From NCBI GenBank assembly GCA_951406725.2, contig OX597838.1, positions 9,982,001-10,046,000 of the forward strand: a stretch of 64,000 nt of DNA, given 5' to 3'. The DNA is from Octopus vulgaris (lineage: Eukaryota). Below are positions 51,000-63,036 of the stretch, piece after piece; within the stretch, counting starts at the first letter, position 1; every line of letters begins with the position of its first letter. A program made the translations under genes and the position numbers. The notes beneath the pieces were generated by a model that was not told the DNA's origin, did no database searches, and was given only the letters and a program-made list of their open reading frames with translations.

Positions 51000-52250
51000 C
51001 TTAATCTCAGGTTATGTAAGAAAGTGTTACTAATGACTGGTGTAGTAGCAGCATTTTAAACTGCTGCAGGAACTAAGGATGTACTGAGAAAGAATAAAAT
51101 TAGTAAAAGATGTATAAGTTTCAATAAGATGCAGTTTGGGTTTGTACCAGGATGTTTCAAGTGTCCACTGGATTTCTGTCCCTCAGCCCTCTTCCATACA
51201 TTATAGTAGTTCTTGGAGCAATACCATCAGAGTTCAGGACTAGGTTTCTTTGAGAACTTTTTATAAGCTAAATGACCTTGTTTCTCATTGTGCAAAACAG
51301 TACATAAGTCAGTGCCACCTTAGCATATGGTCTACATGTTGATTTATACTTCAGTGTGCAGTTTAACCCTAACCAAGATCAGGGCATTTCATAGCATAGA
51401 CTATGGATACTGCGGTAGACCATACACACAGCACCCATAAGTCTTTCTCACATAAGGTAGACCAGTGTAGTTTGTAACAGAAAACATACTCCCTTCTTAC
51501 ACACTGAGCAAAACCACAAACACCACTAGGATTTTATGCTTTCTGTTACAAACTACATTGGACTACCTTATGTGAGAAAGACTTATGGGTGCTGTGTGTA
51601 TGGTCTACCGCAGTATCCATAGTCTATGCTATGAAATGCCCTAATCTTGGTTAGGGTTAAACTCAGCACAGTGTAGTTATTACGGAAATAAAGGTGCACA
51701 AAGAATAGCAGGACCTTTGGCAGGATGATATTGAATTAAAACTTAGAATAAACTAGTGGTAAATGCATTTGTGAAATAGTTGATGGTTTGTCTTACCTAG
51801 ATTGCCCAGTTATTGCTGATGTTAATTAAGATTCAAGTGGTTGGAATAATCAAAGAGAATTCAGCAGAGCTGTTACCTCCATTGGTAACACACAGTCTCT
51901 ATATTGATATAAAAGACACTCTGTGATGCAGTGGAGCATGTGTAAAGGTGTGTGATGTTGTATTGTAGTATGACATTGAATAGGGAAGATAAAGAATCAA
52001 TTGAATATCGTTTACTAAATGTTAAACATTAATATGCAAAGAAAATGGAACACAAGTGTGGTGAAAGAATGGTTGAACATTGTGAGCTGTTGGAAGAAAG
52101 ACGATTGTAATGATGATATAGACTTGTGATATGAACAAATTAGGATTACCAATAGAAAAGTGCTGTATGCTAGTGGTGGTTGGGGTGTTTTGGCCCAGCT
52201 GATTTGGCCAAATGTAAGCTAAGAAAAGTGGACCTTAAAATGATGATGAT
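51000..52250 (+). mobile_element. Highly degenerate RTE-clade LINE (RT to 3' tail)
   Basis: MQFGFVPG at 51129. LSPL, EFRT and degenerate YADDLV at 51180-51285. EIVDG..YL near 51775 and ELLP.LV near 51870. Tail GAAAAGTGGACCTTAAAATGATGATGAT. Confidence 0.75.
51360..51663. repeat. 129-bp inverted repeat with 46-nt loop
   Basis: Arms 51360-51488 and 51535-51663; 4 mismatches counted. Confidence 0.96.
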
Positions 52251-52890
52251 CTTTAGTATTGAAAAGCACTTCACCACCCCTTAACATCATCATCATTATC
52301 ATCAATTGACAATGTTACACGATTGAATTATATTCTCAGAACATCAGCTTTCTGTTTCAGTTCTGTGTCGCTTAATATGAAATGAGAGGAAAGTCCAAAT
52401 TAGATAAAGTTTATTTGCTGTGAGTGGTGTAGAGTTTGAAGTTATTCATTCCTTGCCCTTCATTTTAAGAGTAACAAAAGCGGGGAACGGGGCTATTGTT
52501 GATTAAGCTGGAGGCTATTGATAGTAAAATTCACTCTAATTATATCCTACTTCTACCTTGTGTACCTCCCACTTTCAACTCAAACCACCTTTTCATTTTG
52601 AGCAAATGAACATAACTTCCATGTGATAGCTGTTCTAGTCTCTCTGAATATAGCAGTTAAATATCTCTTAAATCACATTCTATCATCTTAAAAGGACACT
52701 TGATAAAATTGTCCTAGATAAGATTGTCTGAATAAAAAATAGGATGATCATTGATCATTGCTGAAGGGTGTTTTTGTTGAGGTTCACATAATCAGAGCTG
52801 ACTTTGAGGCAAGCAATAATAACAATCACTTTTTCACTCCCACCCCCCAAGCTATGTAAATGTTTTTTTTTTCTCTTACAGTAACAATAT

Positions 52891-53210
52891 CAAAGCACAC
52901 CATTGGTTCCGACAGTTAGGGTTCCGGTTGATCCAATCAACAGAACAGTCTGCTTGTTGGATTAACATGCAAGTGGTTAAGCACTCTACAGACACGTGTG
53001 CCCATAACTTAGTTCTCAGGGAGATTCAGTGTGACACAGAATGTGACAAGGCTGTCTCCTTCGATTACAGGCGCAGCACATTTTTGCCAGCTGAGTGGGC
53101 CACAGCAATGGGAAATAAAGTGTCTTGCTCAAGGACACAACATGCCTCCAGGAGTCAAACTCTTGACCATACGACCACGAGTCGAATCCCCTTACCACTA
53201 CGCCATGCAC
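52891..53210 (-). mobile_element. tRNA-derived CORE-type SINE, family E
   Basis: Minus strand: TGGCGTAGTGG (A box), GAGTTTGACTCC (B box), GTGTCCTTGAGCAAGACACTT (CORE-like). Confidence 0.75.
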
Positions 53211-55063
53211 CACAGGATTTCTTTAGATGCTGTGCAAATCCAGCTTTTATGAGAGGAAATTACAATGAATGAAATTAACATTCAGTAATTTGTTTGCTTA
53301 TTCTATCTGCCCTGAAAGGCAAAATTCACACCAGCAGGATTTAATCTTACTTGATACCAACTCAGGATAGGAAGGATTCTGGTTCTATGATATCAGAAAT
53401 CCTGTTTTTCAAATGTTCATATTTAAATGTAAACCTATTACCATAATTTTATATACTGAACCTTTCTTTGAGGTATATTTCTAAATATCAACTTGATAAT
53501 GAAAAAGTAGTCATTTTACTAAATTCTTGACTATCTTCTGTATTAGTTGTCACTTAATTACTAGTCAAGTGGTCTGCCATTTCTGTTAACTAACCCCTCT
53601 CTTAACCCCTTAGCATTCAGATTACTCAGTCAAATGTGATGCTTGGGTATTCACATCGTTTTAAATTAATCAGGCATCATTTCATAGCTTTGAGATTATG
53701 TGATTGTTTATTTTTAAAATGATGCTGTAGGGTAGGTGGGAAAGGCCAGATCTGATAAGTTTGGGGATAAAAACAGGTAGAATATTTTAGTTGGATATGA
53801 CTGGTTTAAATGCTAAAGCATTAAGCCTATGAAAAAACGTTTCTACATGATCACTAAACCTAGAAATAGCAACCAAATCTCTCACAATGCAGTCTTAATT
53901 AAATTGTATCTGGAAAGGGAAAATGGTTATAGCTAAAGTCTTTTTCAGAATGATTGAGGCAAAACAACAAAAACTAATTACCTTCACAATCTCAGATCTT
54001 GGAAATTCCTTTTGCAGCCTGAGGAGTCAGTTGTTATCTTTAACTTCTTTGTGGTAAATGCTACAACTGATAAAAAAAGTGGCCAATGTAATCATCTCAC
54101 TGCCCAGCACTTGAGATGTATATGTGTGTGTCTGTGTGTCTGTGTGTCCAACTATCTTCATTACAATCCAGTCCAGCACTTTCTTTGCCGTAGTTGCTGC
54201 CAACTTTCAACCATTCCTTCTATCCTGTTCACTAGGGTTCTAGAGTCAGAGTTGGAGGATCAAAGTTGAAAGCAATTATTAGAGTCAACAAAAATATATT
54301 GACTCAAACTAAATTGAAATTGCATTAAAATTTTCAATTTCGCTGATACTGATGTGATTGTTTACTGTACTGAAAATAATTAAATCAGATTTAACCCTTT
54401 AAGCATTCAGATTATTATGTTAAATGTAATGCTTATTTATTCATTAAATTAACCATGCATTATTTCATAAATTTGAGATTTCAATGATGTGATAGTTTTA
54501 TTCTTAAAATGACAGTGTAAGATATGTTGGAAAGGTTGGATCCGGTCAGTTTGAACATAAAATGGGTAGAATATTTTGGCTGGTTTAAACGCCAATGGGT
54601 TAAGGGCATTTCTGAAGAAGGATCTGGGAAAAGCAATTCTGTTTTTTAAGATCAAGTTGTTAGCAAATTTTGGATTTAGGTTTTTGATAACCCCTATTCT
54701 GTAGATAAAATGTTTCTTTAATAAATTTTGTAGGGATAAACTTTTCAATATTTTGCAATATAAGATTTTTGTTTTTGTATATATTTCACTTTACGCAATC
54801 TTTCATGTTACCTTTACATAAATTTTATATTCAAACAATGCTTTTATCTTGGAAGGGGATGGTTATTGTATCCCACTGAGTTTATTTCCTGGCTTTGATG
54901 TTCTCTGAATTTTAGAACTTGTAAACAAAGATGTTCTTGTTTTTATGGTTTAATAAGTTATTTCTTTTATATCCTTCTGCTCTGTAGCTAGCTTTTATAT
55001 AAAAAATTATTTTTATAAATTTTCAGTGTTATCTTATGCTAACCAAATTTCTTTCTTGTACAG

Positions 55064-55075
55064 ATCCAAACATGG
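55064..55075 (+). other. Candidate 12-nt microexon (ATCCAAACATGG)
   Basis: Branch-like TGCTAAC, TTTCTTTCTTGTACAG acceptor and TGG|GTAATG donor. Length is a multiple of 3. Confidence 0.22.
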
Positions 55076-56139
55076 GTAATGAAATCCTAGACAAAAAAAA
55101 ATGTATCATGTAGTTTAATATTCATTGAATTTTATTTCGTATTATAGTTTTGCTGGGTTTATTATAATGTTCAGGTATCCTAAAGAAGACTAAAATAAAA
55201 AGTTTCCAAAGGGACCACTGAACTATACCTTTGTAAACGTTCATCTGCTGTAAACAAGTTAACAGAGTGGAAATAATAGCTAGTGTCATTGATATAAGTA
55301 TTCAATGTTGTTTACTACAAACAACCTGAACTGCAACAGCGAAACTAGTAAAAGAGTAAAATTTATTCACAAACGTGAATTAGAAACTCTCGTTTCCAAA
55401 TGTGGAACCCTTATGTGCGAAACTATTATAAATGGCAATAACCAAGGTGTAAGTCATCATCATCATTGCTTTGGCATCATCCATTCTCCCAATGCTTGCA
55501 TGGGTCAGGTGGAATTTGCTGAGGTAGACCATCTACAGCCAGTGGGCCTTCCTTTCACCAACCCTCACGTTTCCAAGCAAGGTGATATTTCCCCACAGTC
55601 AGGCATGTTTTCATAGATTCAGAAACAAAGGATGCCACTGTATGACTATGACATTTGTTTACAACTCTCATACAATGTAAGGACAAGGAGACACCAACTC
55701 TCTCTCTCTCTCTCTCTGTGTCTGTCTGTCTCTCTCTCTGTCTGTGTGTCTGTCTGTCTCTCTCTCCCCCCTCTCTCTCCCCCCCTCTCTCTCCCCTCTC
55801 TCTCCCCCCCTCTCTCTCACACACATACACAAACAGGGTAAATCATAAAATTTGCATTACTTTCTGACTCGCCCTCATATATATACTGAAAAACATGTTT
55901 GTCATATGTATATATTGGGCTTCCGCTTTCTGTCTACCAAAGCCACTCACAAGGCTTTGGGTTGCCAAGGGCTCAAGTTGCTATGCAGTGGGAATTGTTC
56001 CTCAAACTATATAGTTGAGAAGCAAGACTCTCAACCATATGGCCATACCTGTGCATGTATGTTTCAATACTGAAGGCATTAAAAATATAGTATCACACCA
56101 AGATGAAATCCTCCTGGGTTGCTTTTAATGTACTTACCA

Positions 56140-56607
56140 ACAGGAACCCAAGTTCCATGTAATCCTTTTATTACCAGATTTTTTATTGAAATGCATTGCC
56201 TTTAACCCTTTAGCATTTAAACCGGCCAACTCTGGCCAAAAGTATTCTACCTGTTTTATGTTCAAACTGGCCAGATCTGGTCTCACACCAGCCCTACAAT
56301 ATCCTTTTAAAAATTAACAGCTACCTCATCAAAATCTCATAGCACCAAGATAATGCCTGATTAGTTCAAGGCAATGTGGATGAAAAAGGATTAATTTTGG
56401 CAGAATAATGCGAACACTAAAGGGTTAAGTTAATTTTGAAAATAATGAAGAGTTTAGTAAAATAACTTCTGTCATTATTACATTGATGTTTGGAACCTAA
56501 ATTGACATGAAATTTTGATGGAAGGTTTTTGTTTAAATCGCTTTAAAATGGAAAGTTTTTATCATTGAGCTAGAGTGATCTCAGGCATATTGGTATCAGA
56601 AGGGTTA
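56140..56607. mobile_element. TTAA MITE (56206-56424) nested in a related outer MITE
   Basis: Inner TTAA|CCCTTTAGC...CTAAAGGG|TTAA. The outer body resembles 26553-27158 and ends GAAGGG|TTAA. Confidence 0.75.
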
Positions 56608-56629
56608 AATGATATCCCGCTGACATGAA

Positions 56630-57190
56630 TGAGATTATTATTCTTTCATTCCTCTGGGGCAAATAAAATACTTGTCAAGTACTGGTGTCAATGTAATAGA
56701 CTCCTCCAAAATTTGCTGGCCTTGTACCAAAATTTGAAGCCATTTAGGTGGTAAGCTTGCAAAATTGTGAGGTTGCTGGACATGTTGCTTAGCTATGTTT
56801 CTTTCAGTTCTTTACAGCCTTCCTAGGTGAACTTTGCCTTTTGTCCTTTTGCGGTTGATAAAATAAAGTACTTGTTACATGCTAAGATCTAATGGTATCA
56901 ATTAACCTTCTTCCCTAGAAACTGCTTCCCTTGTGCCTAAATCAAAAACTATTATCATTATTAAGGCAGTGAGCTGGTAGAATCGCTAGCACATGCTGGA
57001 CTAAATGTTTAGTGGCATTTTGTTTGTCTTTACATACTGAGTTCAAATTCTGCTGAGGTTGACTTGGCTTAGCATCCATTTGGGATCAATAAAATAAGTA
57101 CTAGTTAAGTACTGGGGTTGATGTAACTGACCAAACTCCTTTCCATAAAATTACAGGTCATGCGCCTATAATAGGAAAAACTATTATTGT
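56630..57190 (+). mobile_element. Cluster of about 3 family B SINE units
   Basis: Same motifs as 3421-5770. Confidence 0.75.
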
Positions 57191-58528
57191 TGTTATACCC
57201 AGGTTGCTGCTCTACCATTTACCCCATCATCTTTCCAAATTTTCCATCACTGTAAACTAAATACCTATTTCAAACAGTCTGCGTCTTTGCCAAATTTTAC
57301 TAAAATCAATAGTAATGTGGAGAAACATCATCATTGATTCAAAAATTAACCATTCTTTCACAAGACAACTTGGCATTTTCCTAGCTTTACTTGGACAACA
57401 CTCTCTGAAATTATATAGACATTTTTTTTTTTTTTTGCTTAATTTTATTTTATTTATTTATTTATTTAAGCCTTGTTTAAATTTTTTCTTTAAAAAGTAG
57501 AATCATCCTTTACTTTCCTTTTCCTCTTAGTGTCTTTATAGGCAGTGCGATGGGGGGGGGGGACTGAGACAGACTGACAATAAATGTCATTAACACATCT
57601 AGCACAATCAGTCATTAATTTTCACAAGCTGCATCAAACTAATTATTAGGTGAGAGAAAGAAAGACTGTGCCAGCCAGTGACTATTATGCCTCTTACCCT
57701 TCCACTTCACAAATATCGCAATCTTTATTGGGTTTTTTCTTCTTTTTTTTCTTCTTTCATTTCCTCTGAACTCTTTGCTATTTCATTTGTCATTAGGCCA
57801 TACTTTAATTTCCTTCTTAATTCTTTTGATGTGTATGTGGATATAATAACTTGTGCCTTGGGAGATAAAAATGTTTATGGCATACACCTGCATTTAAGTC
57901 GATCAGCAAATTTTTGTCAGATATCATTAGTGTTTATTTAGTCTGATTGGTCTGTACAGAATATACATACAGTATCAAGTGTGCACATTATGATCTTTTT
58001 TTTTTAATGATAGAAGACCAGTTATTTTAAGCTTCATAGTAAATGCTTGTCCCAGAGTAAGGAGCTAAAAACCTGTGCTGTTAGTTGGCTCTCGTACAGA
58101 CTATAAACTTTCTCTCTAACCGTATACTTTTGCACAAAGTATGTCAGTAGCTGAGATAACTAGCAAACTCATTTGTCAAGTTCTCTTCAGTGTTGCCATG
58201 GCTTGCATCAATCAGCCTAGTTGTCCAACAACTCTCAGATTAGAAATCAAGTTAGCCATGAGTTATTAGTGGCCTGAGAGTCTGCTTGCATCCTGAAGTC
58301 AGTCAAGGGATGGAAGGTTTATCATCCACATAGCTTATTGGTGATAATTTCTGTCAGGGTTCAAGTGAAGAGAAGATGGATCATTCTTGAGAATTTACTT
58401 TCCATAAATTATCTTGTTTTATTATTCACAGTCTATTGAACTCATCAATATCATTCCAAGCTTTGTTTTCATTGCTTTAAACAGTTTTGGATGTATTCCC
58501 TGCTGTGAAGTAGGTATGTGTATCACAG

Positions 58529-58756
58529 GCGGCAAGCTGGCAGAAACGTTAGCACGTCGGGCGAAATGCGTAGCCGTATTTCGTCTGTCAGTACGTTCTG
58601 AGTTCAAATTCCGCCGAGGTCGACTTTGCCTTTCATCCTTTCGGGGTCGATAAATTAAGTACCAGTTATGCACTGGGGTCGATGTAATCGACTTAATACC
58701 TATGTCTGTCCTTGTTTGTCCCCTCTGTCTTTAGCCACTTGTGGGTAATAAAGAAA
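58529..58756 (+). mobile_element. Young full-length family B-related SINE with 18-bp TSD
   Basis: TSD TAGGTATGTGTATCACAG at 58511-58528 and 58757-58774. A/B boxes present and CpGs retained. The central GCCTTTCATCCTTTCGGGGTCGATAAATTAAGTACCAG resembles the MetaSINE-type domain. Confidence 0.92.
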
Positions 58757-59054
58757 TAGGTATGTGTATCACAGTTTCAATTCAGCAACAAGGCATCCTG
58801 TGTCACTTCATTTGATGTGGGTTTTTTAACCCTTTCAACACTATGAATGTTCTCTTTCTCTTGGTAACATTAACTACCAACATTATGTGAAGAAGAGAAA
58901 CGGAATTTGGGAAACATTCCATGAATTTGCTCCAGATTGTAATTAATTTTATCTTCAATTCCAGTGAAATGTTTCTCTTTGTAATATATCTAATTAATAA
59001 AAGTTAGAGGTGAAATCATTCTGAAGATTTCTAAAAAGAATGAAATAGTGCTAA

Positions 59055-59468
59055 TCATCATCATCATCATCATTGTTCGACCATGGTTGAGACAATGGAA
59101 TTTACCATGCTACGCCAGACTTCATTGTCCATCATAGCATTACGGAGGTCCTGTTGCTGGATGCTTGTATCCCTGGAGATTACATCAGAGTAGGAGAGTG
59201 TGTGCCCTCTGGTATTGCGAGTAGATGGCTTCCAGAAGAGAAGAGTAGAAATTACCTCTTTTTCAGCTCTACAACAATGTCCAGCAAACTGGACTCTCCT
59301 ACCTTTCACAAGAGATGACACAAGTGGTAGTTTCCCATATATTTTCATTTTGGTTGGATGGTGCTTCCACGAGAGATTTTGAGCTCTCATAAAGAGGCAA
59401 GTGTAGGTTCCATCCAACCGCCTCTCAAGCTTCTTTGATAGCGTCCAAGTTTCTACTATATGGCTCAG
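59055..59468 (-). mobile_element. 5'-truncated RTE-clade LINE with intact C-terminal frame and TSD
   Basis: ETWTLSKKLERRLDG...NLSW..HPT...RRVQFAGHCCR...VEQ* + (GAT)n. TSD AATAGTGCTAA at 59044-59054 and 59469-59479. Confidence 0.92.
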
Positions 59469-60017
59469 AATAGTGCTAAATATGATTATCACCAACTAGA
59501 AATAGTAAGAACTTTCTAATAGAACTCTGTGCATCTTCCTTGTATTTCTTTATTTCAAATTCAAATTTCTAATCCCGCCTCTTGTTGTTGGGATGAGATA
59601 GTTACCTCCCTTTTATCAACAGCCATGGCCATAGGGCAGCACATATATTTCAATGATTTTTGAGTTTTGTAAAATAACTTCCCCTCAATTCCTTTAATAT
59701 ATTAAGTTGGTCCTTAAAAATAAGATTCTGATGACAGTTTTACCTGTAATAAAAAGATTTCAGTGCTTCATTACATGTGGTTTTGGGTAGTTTGGTCAGA
59801 GACAGGATTTGACCAGAGTCTACATCGTTTAGAGGAGGAATAACCTTTGTTGTATTGGTTGGGGGGGGGGGGGCTGATACAGTTTCAGTGTGTTGTAATA
59901 ATTGATAATTGTTTTATTGATCCCCAAGTGGTTGAAAGGCAAAGCCAACCTGAGGTTTTGAAACTAAATACTGTACTATGTTCTACTTTTTCTGCCCGTT
60001 GACCAATCTGACTTTCC

Positions 60018-60275
60018 TGTTCTTGAGCAAAACACCTTCACCATTGCTCTGCGATCCCTTCAACACCTGACGTGTGGCACACTTGCGCACCTGTTCAGAC
60101 AACGTTAATTTAATGACGGGAGTGAGCTAATGTACAACACAGATACATTTGGTCACTATAAACTAATCATTTGTGCAGGTCATTTGGCAAAAGCTGAACA
60201 CTCGCACACACTGTCTTCAACAGGAGAGTCTATTGTGTTGTTATTATTATTACTATTATTATTATTATTATTATA
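60018..60275 (+). mobile_element. 5'-truncated CORE-type SINE, family F
   Basis: TGTTCTTGAGCAAAACAC CORE-like start and simple-repeat tail. Single copy in this window. Confidence 0.45.
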
Positions 60276-60556
60276 ACAACATCAGTATTTTTCTTCTATA
60301 CTACTTACCACAAACAACAATGGTATTCTGTCTCTTTCCTTATCTCTGAAATCTCTTATTCCCCATTCTCTTACCTACTGCTGGTGACTCTCCCTTGCTT
60401 CCCTTTCTCCTTATCTCACTTCTTCTAACAATTGCACCAACCAGCCATTTCTCTTCTGCTCACAACACCCACTACCCTTCTGTTACCTCTCTTAATTTCT
60501 CTTAAATATACTTTCTTGCAATCTCTCTCTCCCTCTTTCACTCTCTCTCTCTCTCA

Positions 60557-60601
<45 letters not shown>

Positions 60602-61197
60602 TTCTGACAACTGCACATCTTCCTTGAAGTATTTAACTCAGACTTGTTTAAAGTAGATGGCAACATGCTTGTAAAATCTTATCTAACTCCCTCGACTATT
60701 TCTGCCATCCAAAGCCCCACCATTATGATTTCACTGCCATCCACTAAACATGCAGCTCCAGATGCCATTTTTCCCTTGAGAATCACAACATCTCAGAAAG
60801 GTTTCAATTCCCAAAAGATTCTACTTGACGTAGGCTGAAAATTCAGCCTTGTATTTTAGTAGTTGACATCCCAGTATAGATATTACTACAAACATGTTGT
60901 TGTAGCTTAGCTACTACATCACTGATACTACCACCGTATCAGTGTATGGTTACCAATCTTGTAAAACATGACATTAGTAGTATATTCGTATGGTCGTACG
61001 GTTTGCTACTGCTTCATTATTTATTGATTCAGAAGCAAGATTTGTGCAGAAAGCCTTGGAATACAAAGATTTGTTGGTCATAGTAATTGTAGTGGTGGTG
61101 AGCTCCAAATCAGTCCTCGTCCAGCAGATTTATAATCCTAATTATGACCACCTTGAGTGTGTGTATAAGTATGTATGTGTGTGTGTATATATATATA

Positions 61198-61569
61198 CTA
61201 GCAGTATCGTCCGGCGTTGCTCAGGTTTGTAAGGGAAATAACTATAAAGCATTTTTAGAGAGTTATAGCCAAAAAATAGCAAAAAAATGATGGTAAATTT
61301 TTTTTTTAGTTAAAAAAGGTGGAGTTGCGTCCCCTAGACAGTTTGCGGTTTGTGTTTCTGATTCTCGACCCCATGTCGAATTTATCGATTTTTTTCAGAA
61401 CTGGGGGAACTTTTAAAAATTTTCGCTGCGTTAGTTTTGAATTATGACATTGGGCTATGTGTGTGTCAAGTTTCATCAGAATCGGTTGAAAGCCGTGGTC
61501 AGGGTGAGGGTACAAGCAAACAGACACACAGAAACACGCACAGACAAACTGCCGTTTATATATAGAGAG

Positions 61570-61570
<1 letters not shown>
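61198..61570 (-). mobile_element. Non-autonomous Helitron
   Basis: Minus strand A|TCTCTCTATATATAAA...CTGAGCAACGCCGG...CTGCTAG|T, giving 5' TC, subterminal hairpin, CTAG end, AT target and no TSD. Confidence 0.8.
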
Positions 61571-61610
<40 letters not shown>

Positions 61611-61624
61611 TCAGTGAGTGTGTA

Positions 61625-61965
61625 GACAGGTACAGTTTTACAGCCATATGGCTTTGTGTTCAGTCGCACTGCATAGCATCTTAAATAAGTGCCTTTTATG
61701 GCCTCGGGCCAACTATTGTCTTGTGAATTTTGCAGACAGAAGCCATGTGAAAGCTTGTCGTATGTGTGCATGCGTTTGTTTCCCCCACCACCACTTGACC
61801 ACTGATTTGTTTATGCCCCCTGTAACTTAGTGGTTCAGCAAAAGGTACCGATAGAATAAGTATCCAACTTAAAAAAAGTTTTGGTATCATTTTGTTCAAC
61901 AAAGTCCTTTAAGGCAGTGCTCCAGCATGGCTGCAGCCCGATATCTGAATCAGCTAAGAGATAAG
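61625..61965 (+). mobile_element. Degenerate family A SINE
   Basis: GGCCTCGGGCCAAC, AACTTAGTGGTTCAGCAAAAG, GTGCTCCAGCATGGC. Confidence 0.75.
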
Positions 61966-62734
61966 ATATCTAGGACAACATTATCCAATATATCCTTCCA
62001 GTTTTTTTTTTTTTAAATAGCAGTGTAATTTAAAGGAGATTTGACTGTCTTTTCAGCTGAGCCAACAACTGTGTAAAGACTCACTTGCTGCCTGTTAGTG
62101 GTTTAGTTCATAGTAGATTACACAGGGCTGAACTTAACCAACCAATAAAACAGTGACCAACACTGGTGCTTTCTAGTTTGTAACCCTGAGTCTTTTGCTT
62201 GCATGGTGGAACAATGTTCTGTTGGGGATGGTGAAGCATTATTTTATAGTTATCAAAAAAGCCCTATTTTACTGATGTCAACAAAATATGTTCTGAATTC
62301 TAATAATGTCATTATTTTATTTATTAATGGCAGAGGCATGACTGTTTGGTTGAGATGTTTGCTTCCTGATTATATGGTTTTGAATTCAGTTCTACTGCAT
62401 GGCACCTTCCCAAGGAAATGAATACAAGTGGATGACACTGACACACATTTACAACTACCACACAATGTTACGACAAGGACCCACACACATGATTGGCTTC
62501 TTTCAGTTTGTGTCTACCAAATCCACTCACAAAGCTCTGGTTGACCCCCAAGCTTCAAGATTTGGATGATGTGGTTGTTTATATTTAGAATGACATTGCA
62601 GGGGCATGTATGAAAGACCAGACCTGCTTTATGTTAAAACTGACCAGATCCAACCTCTCATACCTATCCGACAATGTCATTCTGAACATAGAAACACATC
62701 ATTGAAATCTTGAAGCCACAATTAATTCAAAGCT

Positions 62735-63036
62735 ATCATCATCATCATCATCATCATCATCATTTAGCGTCCGCTTTCCCTGCTAGCATGGGTTGAACAG
62801 TTCAACTTGGGTCTGTGAAGCCAGAAGGCTGCATCAGGCCCAGTCTGATCTGGCAGTGTTTCTACGGCTGGATGCCCTTCCTAACGCCAACCACTCCGTG
62901 AGTGTAGTGGGTGCTTTTTACGTGCCACCTGCACAGGTGCCAGACGGAGCTGGCAAACGGCCACGGACGGATGGTGCTTTTTACGTGCCACCAGCACGGG
63001 GCCAGGCGAGGCTGGCAAACGGCCACGAACGGATGG
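62735..63036 (-). mobile_element. Family C retroposon inserted in a type 1 MITE
   Basis: (CAT)n tail at the left. MITE sequence resumes at about 63040-63095. Confidence 0.88.

Noticed and set aside
51364-51374. TAACCCTAACC as a telomerase RNA template
   Set aside because: It lies in a perfect duplex arm within a LINE relic, with no pseudoknot or H/ACA domain seen.
55326-55360. CTG-CAA-CAG CGAAACTAGTA resembling a hammerhead 3' half
   Set aside because: The CUGANGA core is incomplete and stem I is absent; at best a relic.
60620-60730. Possible RTE endonuclease N-terminus on the minus strand (NGGALDGR..AEIVE)
   Set aside because: Too degenerate to support without a profile search.
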